This document shows, piece after piece, positions 1 to 8,539 of a DNA stretch of 58,390 nucleotides. The position numbers and the translations under genes were made by a program. Origin of the DNA: a virus (lineage: Duplodnaviria > Caudoviricetes); IMG/VR virus record IMGVR_UViG_3300049259_000203, positions 1 to 58,390 of that record; one strand, 5' to 3'. Below the pieces are notes generated by a model. The model was not told the DNA's origin. It worked only from the letters and a program-made list of their open reading frames with translations, and ran no database searches. Each line of letters begins with the position of its first letter. Position 1 is the first letter of the stretch.

Positions 1-127
1 GGGGTCCCGCTGCGTACCAACGTCGGGCCCGACGTCGACCTTGTCCGCGCCGTACTCCAGGCAGTTCCCGCAGAGGGATGACTGGCTGCCACGGAACAGC
101 ACCTTCGACACGTCCACCACGTCACGG
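1..127. repeat. Terminal direct repeat, left copy (circular contig overlap)
   Basis: Positions 1-127 are identical to 58264-58390 and the repeat falls within coding sequence. Confidence 0.95.
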
Positions 128-550
128 CCCTTCGACGTCGAACGGCGCGGTTGCCAGCTTCGCGCGGACCGCCGCGACCTCCGGCTCAAGACACGGCTCG
201 GTGTCCGAGTGCTCATCCTCGTACCGCTCCAGCGCCGCTATGACCGGCTCGACGCGGACGGCAACGGGCCGCCGCGGTTCGGCCGGTCGGTGCCTGCGCT
301 CGTCGTCTGGCTCGACGCGACGGCGGCCGGCGTCGGTGTGCATGACGAGCATCAGCTCGTAGACGACGGCGTCGACGTCGATCAGCCGCTCGCCCTTGAC
401 GAGCGCCGCGTACGCGGCGGCGTACGCCCGCGCGACTCGGGTCTGCATCTCGCCGATGGGCGGGGACGTCTCTGGTGCCGACGTCATCGCGACCCGGATC
501 GGGTGCTCGGGATCGGCGTCGTCCTCGATCGACAGCGTGAACCGGATCAT
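122..550 (-). CDS. Hypothetical protein
   Basis: ORF with normal amino-acid composition, packed against neighbouring minus-strand genes. Confidence 0.6.
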   Translation of the reverse strand: MIRFTLSIEDDADPEHPIRVAMTSAPETSPPIGEMQTRVARAYAAAYAALVKGERLIDVDAVVYELMLVMHTDAGRRRVEPDDERRHRPAEPRRPVAVRVEPVIAALERYEDEHSDTEPCLEPEVAAVRAKLATAPFDVEGP

Positions 551-590
551 CGGTCGTGTCCCCTCTCGCGTTGGGGCGCGTACGTGCGGC

Positions 591-1038
591 TCACCTGTTC
601 CGGCCGCGGGTCTGCGTGATCGTACGCTCGCCGACCCACCAGACCCGGGACTTCGGCACCCTGCCGTGCACGCGGACTTCCTGGACCTCCGTGCCCCACA
701 TCGGGAGGACGTGCACGTTGTCGACGGCGGCGAGCTGCACCATCCACAGGTCCCACGTCTGCCCGACCTGGCCGACGACCTGCCCGCAGAGCTGCCACGC
801 GATCGACGGCGTCGGCGACAAGCACACGTACGGCGCGCGCCACGCGTTGAACTCGGCGATCTCCTCCGGCGTCGCCTGCCGGCGCACGATCCCGTCCTCG
901 CTCTCGTCCGTGACCTGCACGTCGGCCCGGCTTGAGCAGGCTGCGCGTCGACGCGCGCCGGCCGGGGACCAGCCCGAGGCGCTCGATCGACGCGCGGCGG
1001 TCCCTCGGGCTCCAGTGGTACTGCGCGTCGAGCCTCAT
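591..1038 (-). pseudogene. ADP-ribosyltransferase/Tpt1-like fold protein split by an apparent frameshift near 925-935
   Basis: 5' frame MRLDAQYHWSP..SIERLGLVP starts at 1038. The 3' frame (591-920) continues PYVCLSPTPSIAW..DLW..EVRVHGRVP. Together they give an H..S..E pattern like ART/KptA-type folds. Confidence 0.4.
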
Positions 1039-1370
1039 CAGAACAACGCCTCCTGTCGGTCCGCGAGCAGGTCGACCCACTCGTCGCCCGCCGGCCCCAT
1101 GTCGTGCACGCTCATCGCCCCGCACGCCGGGCAGTACGTCGCCGAGACGCGCAGCGTCGGCCACCGCGCGTCGTGCAGCCGCGGCACGTCGCCGCGCGGG
1201 TCCGGGGCGACCATCCCGACGTTCATCAGCGACTCGCCGTGCCCGCACGCCTCGCACAGCACCTGCCCGCCCGGGCAGAGGAACGCGATGCCGCGCTTCC
1301 ACCCGCGCCAGACGATCGGCCGGCCGTCGAGCTCGGCGACCGGCGGCGCGTCGGGAACGGGCTCGATCAT
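1038..1370 (-). CDS. Hypothetical Zn-finger protein
   Basis: Start MIEPVP at 1370; CEAC and CPAC motifs; overlapping start/stop codons with neighbours. Confidence 0.65.
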   Translation of the reverse strand: MIEPVPDAPPVAELDGRPIVWRGWKRGIAFLCPGGQVLCEACGHGESLMNVGMVAPDPRGDVPRLHDARWPTLRVSATYCPACGAMSVHDMGPAGDEWVDLLADRQEALF

Positions 1371-1765
1371 CGGCCGCTCGTCCCCGGCACCCACGGCGGC
1401 ACGTCGTCGCCGTGCAGCAGGACCCGCTCCATCAGCGCCTGGTCGCGCGGCCGCCACAGCGCGACGTCGTGCCCGGCGGTGGCGAGCGCGTCGAGCCAGC
1501 GGAGCTGCTCGGGCGCCACCCGCCCGGTCTCCGTCTTGAGCTCGACGCACAGCGACCGGCGGCCCTTCACGAGGACCAGGTCGGGGAAGCCCGCGCGGAT
1601 CGCCTGCACGTACGACGTCCCGCGCCGGCTCACGCGCGGCATGTTGTCCGGCGCGTGGAACCAGAGCCACCCGCCGACGTGCGCAACGCCCTCGACGATG
1701 CGCTGCCACTGCGCCTCGGTCCACGAGCGGAGGTACATCTGGTCGGGCGTCAGTCGGGCAGGCAT
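1367..1765 (-). CDS. VRR-NUC domain nuclease (putative Holliday junction resolvase)
   Basis: GFPDLVLV..VELKTETGRVAPEQLRWL is the VRR-NUC PD-(D/E)xK signature; GGAG RBS before ATG 1765. Confidence 0.85.
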   Translation of the reverse strand: MPARLTPDQMYLRSWTEAQWQRIVEGVAHVGGWLWFHAPDNMPRVSRRGTSYVQAIRAGFPDLVLVKGRRSLCVELKTETGRVAPEQLRWLDALATAGHDVALWRPRDQALMERVLLHGDDVPPWVPGTSGR

Positions 1766-2025
1766 GGCTCTCCTCCATCGGTCGGCAGGTCGGTGACCGC
1801 CGTGTTCAGCGCGTACCGCTCCCACAGGATCAGCGGGTCGGGGTAGCCGCGGTCCTCCGCGACCTGGCGGACGTACCGCGCGCCCATGACCGCGACCCAC
1901 ACGCACGTCCGCCGGTCGGCGGCGTTGAGCAGCCGCATCGCCAGGTCGGTGTCGTCGGCGAGCAGCGCCGTGTAGATCGCGAGCGCGGCGTCGCGGGCGT
2001 CCTTCGACTCGGGCGGCAGCGTCAT
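1750..2025 (-). CDS. Hypothetical protein
   Basis: MTLPPESKD start overlaps the terL stop (ATGA). Confidence 0.6.
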   Translation of the reverse strand: MTLPPESKDARDAALAIYTALLADDTDLAMRLLNAADRRTCVWVAVMGARYVRQVAEDRGYPDPLILWERYALNTAVTDLPTDGGEPCLPD

Positions 2026-3515
2026 CGGCGGCGCTGCCCACGTCGGGCGGCGCGGCCGCGGGACTGCACGCTCGCCTCGGGCATCACGTCGATGAACAGG
2101 TCGGTCAGCGCCCACACCAGCGAGTCCATCTCGTCGGGGGAGCCGCCGTCCTTCGAGCCCGGCACCCAGGTCTTCATCTGGTCCTCGACGGCCTCGTACA
2201 GCTCGACGGGCCCGACGTGGTGCACCAGGACCTTCTCGTACAGCGTCGACACCGGCTCGGCGCGGGTGATCTTGCCGCGGGTGGCGGTGACGTTGCGTAC
2301 GACGACGCTCGGGTCGATGAGGTTGATGACGGCCGGAATCCAGTCACCGCCGTTGTTGTCCTCGACGATGATCGCGTCGGCCAGCTCGTCGTGGTAGAGC
2401 TGGATCGCCCGCGCCGCGGCCTGCTCAGGGCGTCCGTGCAGCCCCTCGTTGTGCAGCACGTACCCGTGCGGGCGTCCGGTGCCGAACGTGCGGGACCGTC
2501 CGCCGTCGCGGCCGGCGACGGTGATGCCGTGGTTGTCGCTCGTCTCCTTCGACTTCGCCGCCGGGTCGATCGCGACGACGACACGCGTCAGGTCGGGCAC
2601 CTGGTCGCGGTTGAGCCGGAACCCGGGCTGGTCGAACATCGCCTGCACCCACAGCGCGCCCTCGACGTCTTCGAGCAGCTCGCCGGCGAGCTCCTGCCGG
2701 CCGACGCGGGTGCCGGCGTACGTGCCCTCCAGCTCCTCCAGGACGGCCCGCGACAGGTTCGCGATGTTGTCGCGCATGTGGCCGCGGGTGATCGCGATGC
2801 GGCCGTCGGGCTTGTCGGCGCGCCGGAGCAGCGCCTTGACGTGCTTGAGCGGCTTCGGCGTGGTCGTGACGACGATCTGCATCTCGTCGGACTCGCGCAT
2901 CGCGAACATCAGGTTGTCCCACACGTCGAACGCGTCGGTCTCGGCGCAGGCGGCGTACTCGTCGAGCCACGCCTTGTCGAACGCGTAGCCGCGGATCGCC
3001 TCCGGGCTCGCGGCGGCGAACCCGCGGATCGTCGACCCGTTCCGCAGCGTGATCGACAGGTCGCCGGCCGACCGGTTGTAGACCAGGACCTCCTCGGGCG
3101 GGATGACGCGGATGATCCCGGCCTTCGGCGCCTCGAAGCAGACGTTCCGGCACTCGCGGTGCGTCGGCGCGATCACCGCCACCGCGCGCGGCCGCTCGCT
3201 GGTCCACTTCTTCACCGTCTCGGCGCCGGTGCGGGTCTTCCCCCAGCCTCGGCCGGTGAGGATCAGCCAGATGATCCACAGCAGCGGCACGACGGGGAGG
3301 CGCTGCGTCGCGCGGGCGTGCTTGTGCGTGAAGCCGGCGTGCGGCAGCCCGTCGCAGTCCGGGACGTCGCACTCCCAGCGGTAGCCGTCGCGCCTGATCT
3401 GCCGGTTCAGCTCCTCGCTTTCGAGGATGAGCTCCTCGGTGGTGAGCTCGCCGGGGTCGGCCAGCGCGAGCAGCTCCGCTGGTATCCGCGCCCCGCCGTG
3501 GTCGACGACCTTCAC
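2022..3515 (-). CDS. terL: Terminase large subunit
   Basis: Walker A GRGWGKT, Walker B AWLDE, motif III TTTP, nuclease VAIDPA and DEMDSLVWAL; GAGGAG RBS before GTG 3515. Confidence 0.95.
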   Translation of the reverse strand: MKVVDHGGARIPAELLALADPGELTTEELILESEELNRQIRRDGYRWECDVPDCDGLPHAGFTHKHARATQRLPVVPLLWIIWLILTGRGWGKTRTGAETVKKWTSERPRAVAVIAPTHRECRNVCFEAPKAGIIRVIPPEEVLVYNRSAGDLSITLRNGSTIRGFAAASPEAIRGYAFDKAWLDEYAACAETDAFDVWDNLMFAMRESDEMQIVVTTTPKPLKHVKALLRRADKPDGRIAITRGHMRDNIANLSRAVLEELEGTYAGTRVGRQELAGELLEDVEGALWVQAMFDQPGFRLNRDQVPDLTRVVVAIDPAAKSKETSDNHGITVAGRDGGRSRTFGTGRPHGYVLHNEGLHGRPEQAAARAIQLYHDELADAIIVEDNNGGDWIPAVINLIDPSVVVRNVTATRGKITRAEPVSTLYEKVLVHHVGPVELYEAVEDQMKTWVPGSKDGGSPDEMDSLVWALTDLFIDVMPEASVQSRGRAARRGQRRR

Positions 3516-3519
3516 CGGG

Positions 3520-4146
3520 CTACTCCTCGTCCATGATCCCGGCGACGCCGGCGAGGACACCGGACGACCCGGACTGCTCGTCGGCGATCCGCGCGTTCAG
3601 CTCCCGCATGACGGCGCGCGCCCGCTCGACCCGCTCCTCCGGGGACAGCGCCGCCAGGTCCTCCCGCGGCGCCGGCGCGCCACCCGGGCCGCCCGCGCTG
3701 GTCTTCCCGCTGCCCTGCTTCGGCGGGGGCTCGACGCCGTGCATCTTGTCGTCGCCGAGCGCCTTCCGTTCGAGCATGATGCCGAGCTCGAGGAAGATCG
3801 CGAGCTGGTTCGGGGACAGCTTCGTGGCGTCGAGGTTCTGGAGCCGCTCGACGACCTTGTTCTGGACGACGCCGGCGATGTTGGCGTGCCGCTCGGCGGC
3901 TTTGCGTCGCTTGGCGGCGAGCGCGATGCGGTACTCGCGTTCCTCGTTGCGGTCCCACGCTTCGGCTCGGGCGACCCAGCGGTGGTCTTTGGACCAGCGG
4001 GCGAGGAGCTGCGGGGACTTGCCCAACTCTCGCGCTACCTTCACCTGGCTGCGGGACGGCCCCATGTCGCGGTAGGCGGTGAAGGCTTCGTAGGCTCTCG
4101 CGCTCTCGCCTGGGCGTCGGTCCCAGGGGTGCGCGGGCGGGGGCAT
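3520..4146 (-). CDS. terS: Terminase small subunit
   Basis: WDRRPGESARAYEAFTAYRDMG..RWS..W..RAEAWD N-terminal HTH typical of actinophage TerS; lies directly upstream of terL. Confidence 0.8.
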   Translation of the reverse strand: MPPPAHPWDRRPGESARAYEAFTAYRDMGPSRSQVKVARELGKSPQLLARWSKDHRWVARAEAWDRNEEREYRIALAAKRRKAAERHANIAGVVQNKVVERLQNLDATKLSPNQLAIFLELGIMLERKALGDDKMHGVEPPPKQGSGKTSAGGPGGAPAPREDLAALSPEERVERARAVMRELNARIADEQSGSSGVLAGVAGIMDEE

Positions 4147-4316
4147 TCGAGTCTCCTCGTCCGCGGTGGTGCTCGGTGTCCGGTGCCGCGCGGTCGGCGT
4201 TCCGGCGGGGTCAGGCTACGTGCGTGGGGGCGGTTGTCCGGGGATCGACGTGCGTGTCGGCCCGTCGTTGTCACTCTCTGTGGTGTTGTGACGGGTGTTG
4301 TCTACGGTGTGTGACG

Positions 4317-4332
4317 TGTTTCATGTGAAACA
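4317..4332. promoter_or_regulatory. parS: parS-like centromere site TGTTTCATGTGAAACA
   Basis: 15/16 match to the bacterial chromosomal parS palindrome TGTTTCACGTGAAACA; intergenic and AT-rich in a GC-rich genome. Confidence 0.75.
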
Positions 4333-4336
4333 TGGT

Positions 4337-4371
4337 GCGGCCCCTCCCGTTGAGCGTCCGGGAGGGGCCGC
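4337..4371 (-). terminator. Terminator-like hairpin
   Basis: 13-bp inverted repeat GCGGCCCCTCCCG/CGGGAGGGGCCGC just after the ORF ending at 4391. Confidence 0.55.
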
Positions 4372-4390
4372 GCGGCCTGCGGGGGCCGGT

Positions 4391-4828
4391 CTAGGTCTCG
4401 AACTCGGTCGGTCCGTCGGGCGTTTCGGCGAGATGGTTGAGGCCGGGGTGTGGGAACGGCCGGACGCACGGCGTTCGGATCGTGCGCATCTCCACGTCGG
4501 CGGTCGAGCCTCCGTAGCCGTACTCGGGGAACGCGTACTCGGTTGTGGCGTCGCAGCGGCGCGGCGCGAGCGGGAACGTCTTCTCGACGTAGGTCGGCGA
4601 CTCGTAGGGCTTGGCGCGCGCCACGAGCAGCTCGTCGGCGAGGCCGACGATGTCGCAGTACGGGAGCCGATTCCACTCGCCGACCGCGGCGACGCGCGGC
4701 TCGTACAGACCGCGCATCGTCTCCGGTCGCGCAGGGTTCACGTACAGCCAGTCGGTCGTCGGGATGCGCTCGTCGTCTGCGAACCGCTGCGCTATCGCCG
4801 AGTTCGTGGCGACGATCAGGACCTTCAT
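4391..4828 (-). CDS. Hypothetical protein
   Basis: MKVLIVAT start preceded by a GGGAG RBS. Confidence 0.7.
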   Translation of the reverse strand: MKVLIVATNSAIAQRFADDERIPTTDWLYVNPARPETMRGLYEPRVAAVGEWNRLPYCDIVGLADELLVARAKPYESPTYVEKTFPLAPRRCDATTEYAFPEYGYGGSTADVEMRTIRTPCVRPFPHPGLNHLAETPDGPTEFET

Positions 4829-4837
4829 GCGGGCTCC

Positions 4838-5470
4838 CTAGAACGGCGGGTAGTCGGTCCAGTCGGTGACGGGGTTGAGGTTCCAGGTCAGCCGCCCTTC
4901 CGGGTCGTACTCGGCGGGCACGGTCGGCGACTCGGCTGCGGGGTCGACGGGCTTGAGCTCGTTGCCCATGACGATGACGGCGAGGCCGGGCGGGTCGAAC
5001 CTCGGCTCGATGCGGAGGACGGTCAGGCCGTCGGGAAGCCCGAGCAGGCGCAGGAGCTGGTCGGGCCCGACGACGAGCCGCGCGCGGCGGTCGAGCGGCG
5101 ACGGCACCGCGTCGGCGGCCGCGCATCCGGGTCGGAGCGGCGCCGGCGTGGCCGGGAGCGGCTTCCACGGGTCGCCCGCAGCCGAGGACGTCGGCGGTGG
5201 AGTGCCGGGTGGCGCCGTGAGGACCTGCGCGCTGTCGGCATCGCGCGCGGCCTGGTCCTCGGCCGCGGCTTCGGCGGCCAGGTCCGGGTCGTAGCCGGCG
5301 TCGTCCTTCTCCTGCTGGATGCGCAGGTCGGCCTCGCGCTCCTCGTCGCGGGTCGGGAAGTGCCCGCCGCGCTGCTCGGCGTAGTGCGCGTGCGGCTCGG
5401 ACATGAGCAAGTCGCTCAGGTCCTCCGGGCCGCCGGGGTCGGTCGCTCCTGGGCTGGTGGCGCTGTCCAT
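4838..5470 (-). CDS. Hypothetical protein
   Basis: GAGGA RBS; acidic, low-complexity N-terminus with a globular C-terminus. Confidence 0.65.
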   Translation of the reverse strand: MDSATSPGATDPGGPEDLSDLLMSEPHAHYAEQRGGHFPTRDEEREADLRIQQEKDDAGYDPDLAAEAAAEDQAARDADSAQVLTAPPGTPPPTSSAAGDPWKPLPATPAPLRPGCAAADAVPSPLDRRARLVVGPDQLLRLLGLPDGLTVLRIEPRFDPPGLAVIVMGNELKPVDPAAESPTVPAEYDPEGRLTWNLNPVTDWTDYPPF

Positions 5471-5534
5471 CGGGTTCCTCTCGGTCGTGGTGAAGCCCGG
5501 CCGGCGTCCCGTACGCCGGCCGGGCGGTCAGCGG

Positions 5535-5807
5535 CTACTCGTCGGTGACCTGGACCTCCACCAGGTCGTACGCCTGCCGGGAGACGGTCTTGCCGTCGAT
5601 GTGCTGGTCGGCGCCGGACTCGACGATCGCCTCGTGGGTGAGGCTGATCGCGTCGCCGCCCTGCGTGGTCTCGACGCTGGCGACGCGCCGCCACTCGGCC
5701 TTCGTGAGCGCGGCCGGGGTGGAGGCGAGCTCGCCGAGCCGGACGATGTCGCCCTGCTCCAGGTCGGCGATGCGGGCGAGCTTGATGTGAACGTACTTGC
5801 GGGCCAT
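5535..5807 (-). CDS. Hypothetical small beta-rich protein
   Basis: MARKYVHI start follows the conserved CACAGGAGGACCCGC-ATG motif and a promoter repeat. Confidence 0.75.
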   Translation of the reverse strand: MARKYVHIKLARIADLEQGDIVRLGELASTPAALTKAEWRRVASVETTQGGDAISLTHEAIVESGADQHIDGKTVSRQAYDLVEVQVTDE

Positions 5808-5836
5808 GCGGGTCCTCCTGTGAGAGAGACGGATGG

Positions 5837-5884
5837 TGCCTGTACATACATTATGTACGTTCGACGGGTCGGCGTACACGGTTT
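5837..5884 (-). promoter_or_regulatory. Repeated phage promoter with overlapping operator
   Basis: Minus strand TGTACG-17 nt-CATAAT followed by the near-palindrome TGTATGTACAGGCA; same layout at 10938, 15727, 26091 and 33335. Confidence 0.75.
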
Positions 5885-6093
5885 CGGGCAAGAAGACCGG
5901 CGCGTCCTCTACCGGCCAGCGTGCGCGAGCAGCATGACGAGGATCAGCGCCTTCACGCACGACGCGGCGACGATCAGCGTGCAGCCGACGAGCAGGCCGA
6001 CGGTGCGACGCTCGGCGACAAGCGGGAACGCGGCCGCGGTGACGATGATGCTGCCCTCCAGCGCGAGGCCGGCGACCGCGAGCACGTCCGCGC

Positions 6094-6852
6094 TCAACGG
6101 CCGTCCCCGTCCGGCTCCGGGGTGTTCTCGTACTCGACGCGCCAGCCGGGGTACCGCTCCGGGCCGTACTGCGCGCGCAGCTCGGCGAGCGCCTCGGGCG
6201 TCATCCACGGCGGCGTGCTGGCGTGGACGGCGCGCTGCTGCGCGAACAGGTCGGCGACGTGTTGCTCGAGCCGCCGCTGGAGGTCCGGCGGCGCGAAGTC
6301 GCGGACGATCGACGTGACGTCGATCGGGCCGAACTCGGTCTGCATCACCGCCACGGCGCGTATCCGGTGATCGGCGGCGGGGTCGACGGCGACCGCCGCA
6401 CAGCGCGTGCGGTACTCGGCCGCGGCGTCGTCCAGGCCGGCGTTCAGGAACGCGTCCCTCGTCGCGTCCCGCCGGGCTCGCGCGGTGGCGAGCTGCTCGT
6501 CGAGCGTGTCCTGGATGCGGCGTACGGCGTCGCGGGCGGCCTCGGGTGACCAGCCGGTAGCCACGGTGGTCCACGGGCCGCCGTCGACGGGGCCCACGCC
6601 TGGGCGGTGCGGCGTCGGCGGCTCGTACATCGCGAGCTGGCGCATCAGGTCGTCGAGGCGCTGCTGCGGGTCGTACACGCGGCCGGCGGCGAACAGCGCG
6701 CGGAGCCGCTCGGTGCGCTTGGGCGTCGCGGTCGTCCACTCCTCGAAGCCCGGTGGCGGCTCGGTGCGCGGTTCGCGGGTCAGCCCCTCGACCATGCGCT
6801 GCACGGCGTCGACGGCCTGCGTGGGACGCGCGCGGCGGTGTTCGTGCGTCAT
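6094..6852 (-). CDS. Hypothetical protein
   Basis: MTHEHRR start overlaps the upstream stop (ATGA). Confidence 0.6.
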   Translation of the reverse strand: MTHEHRRARPTQAVDAVQRMVEGLTREPRTEPPPGFEEWTTATPKRTERLRALFAAGRVYDPQQRLDDLMRQLAMYEPPTPHRPGVGPVDGGPWTTVATGWSPEAARDAVRRIQDTLDEQLATARARRDATRDAFLNAGLDDAAAEYRTRCAAVAVDPAADHRIRAVAVMQTEFGPIDVTSIVRDFAPPDLQRRLEQHVADLFAQQRAVHASTPPWMTPEALAELRAQYGPERYPGWRVEYENTPEPDGDGR

Positions 6853-7400
6853 CGGGTCTCCACGTCCAGCGTCAGTTGCTCGGCGGCCTGGCGCTGGTAC
6901 CAGGCTAGCTGCTCGCCGATGCCGAGCCCGCGCAGCGGCCGGTACACGGTCGCCCACCCTTCGATGCCCCGGTCGTACAGCGGCCCGGCGTAGTCCGAGC
7001 CGGCGTGCAGGAACAGCTCCACCTTCCCGCCGGCCATCGTGAACCGGCCGAGGAACGGGCCATCCTCGGGCGCGTTGCGTCGGGTGCGGTAGTCCTCGTC
7101 GATGCCGGTGTTCCGGCCGCAGCGCAGCGCGATGTCGACGTGGAGCGCCCACTGCAACCGGACGACGTGCATCAGCCCGGCCAGCGACACGTCGTACGGC
7201 TCCAGCACGTCGTCCGGGTGCACCAGGTGGTGCTTCGCGCTCAGGACGAACCAGGCGTCGTACGTCCGCTCGGCGTACGCCGACGCCGCCCGGAACAGCG
7301 GCCCCGTGTACAGGTCGCGCGCCGGCGCCGCGTGGTCGAGCTTCGACTTGCCGCACGCGACCAGCCCGACGCGGAGCAGCTCCCCGGTGTGCGTCGTCAT
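6849..7400 (-). CDS. DUF6884-like protein
   Basis: GLVACGKSK..PARDLYTGPLF..WFVLSAKHHLV..EPYD..GLGIGEQLAW motifs. Confidence 0.75.
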   Translation of the reverse strand: MTTHTGELLRVGLVACGKSKLDHAAPARDLYTGPLFRAASAYAERTYDAWFVLSAKHHLVHPDDVLEPYDVSLAGLMHVVRLQWALHVDIALRCGRNTGIDEDYRTRRNAPEDGPFLGRFTMAGGKVELFLHAGSDYAGPLYDRGIEGWATVYRPLRGLGIGEQLAWYQRQAAEQLTLDVETR

Positions 7401-7548
7401 CGCGGGTCCCGCGGGACGGGCTCGCCGAGCCAGCGGGCGACCGACCGGTCCAGCGCGAGCGCGGCGTCGCGGGCCTTCTCGGCGCGCCGCCGGCACCAGG
7501 TCGCGTACGCCGCGGCCGAGAGCGCCAGCACCGGCGCGATCACGCGGA

Positions 7549-7803
7549 TCACGACGCGGCCTCGAGGAACTCGTTCCAGCGGCCCACCGGCGGGTCAGCC
7601 GTCACCTGGTACGCGACGCCGACCCGGTCGAAGCCGTCGACGTCGGTGCGGCGGGTGTCGATGATCGTGCGCAGTCGCGGGAGCGTCTTCGCGGCGTCCG
7701 AGTGGTTCGGGAAGGGACCGAACGCTAGCGCGACCCTACGGCCACGCTGGACCGCCGCGTAGTAGTGCTCGTCGGAGCGAGTCGGGTACGTCATCACCGT
7801 CAC
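7549..7803 (-). CDS. Hypothetical protein
   Basis: GTGA overlap at 7800-7803; composition is normal from MTYPTRSD onward. Confidence 0.55.
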   Translation of the reverse strand: MTVMTYPTRSDEHYYAAVQRGRRVALAFGPFPNHSDAAKTLPRLRTIIDTRRTDVDGFDRVGVAYQVTADPPVGRWNEFLEAAS

Positions 7804-8065
7804 CCGACCGGGTGCAGGCGGGCGTCGAGCTCGTCCCGGTCGAAGTACAGGTCGTACGCCGCGGCGAGCCAGTCCCGGACCTCGTCGCGGCAGTCGTCGC
7901 GGCCGCACACGCCGGCGCGGATCGTGCCCGGGATGCCGGCGGGCGCCTTGTCGTCGTGCCCGCCGGTGTCGACGTAGGGCGGCATCGCGGTGGAAGCCCG
8001 CGCAGAGGCCGGGGATGTGGTCGTCGCTCGTGACGAACGCCTCGTCGGGCAGCACGGTCGCCACG

Positions 8066-8539
8066 TCAGACACCGGCCTTCGCGGCGAGGTCCGCGACCG
8101 TCGGCGCGTACTCGCACCCGTCGCCCGCCTCCAGGAGGTAGCACTCGACGTCGTCGTCGTGCTGGTAGTCCCGGGCGGTCTCGTCGTAGTGCGCCGGCCG
8201 CTTGCAGTGGCCGCAGATCATCGGCTTCTGCTGCCCGTCGGGGAGCTCGCCGCCGTCCCCGTCCTGCGTCGTGAAGTGGTCGTGGGTCTTCTTCACGCAG
8301 AACCGCGTGGCGCCGCCCTCCGACGGCCGCGTCCGCGGCGCGTTGTTCTCGAGCCAGCCGACGACCGCCGCGTTCCGCGCGTCCTCCCAGGCGACCGTCT
8401 GGTCCGGGCCGAAGTCGCCCGGGAAGCCGGGGAACGCCGCGGCGATCGCGGACCAGAACGCCAGGTCGGCGGCCTCGATCGCGGCGACGATCCGCTCCTT
8501 GTCGATGCCGGCGTGGTCGGTGATCTCGTGGGTCCACAT
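8066..8539 (-). CDS. Hypothetical protein
   Basis: MWTHEIT start coupled to the upstream stop; CGHC motif. Confidence 0.6.
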   Translation of the reverse strand: MWTHEITDHAGIDKERIVAAIEAADLAFWSAIAAAFPGFPGDFGPDQTVAWEDARNAAVVGWLENNAPRTRPSEGGATRFCVKKTHDHFTTQDGDGGELPDGQQKPMICGHCKRPAHYDETARDYQHDDDVECYLLEAGDGCEYAPTVADLAAKAGV

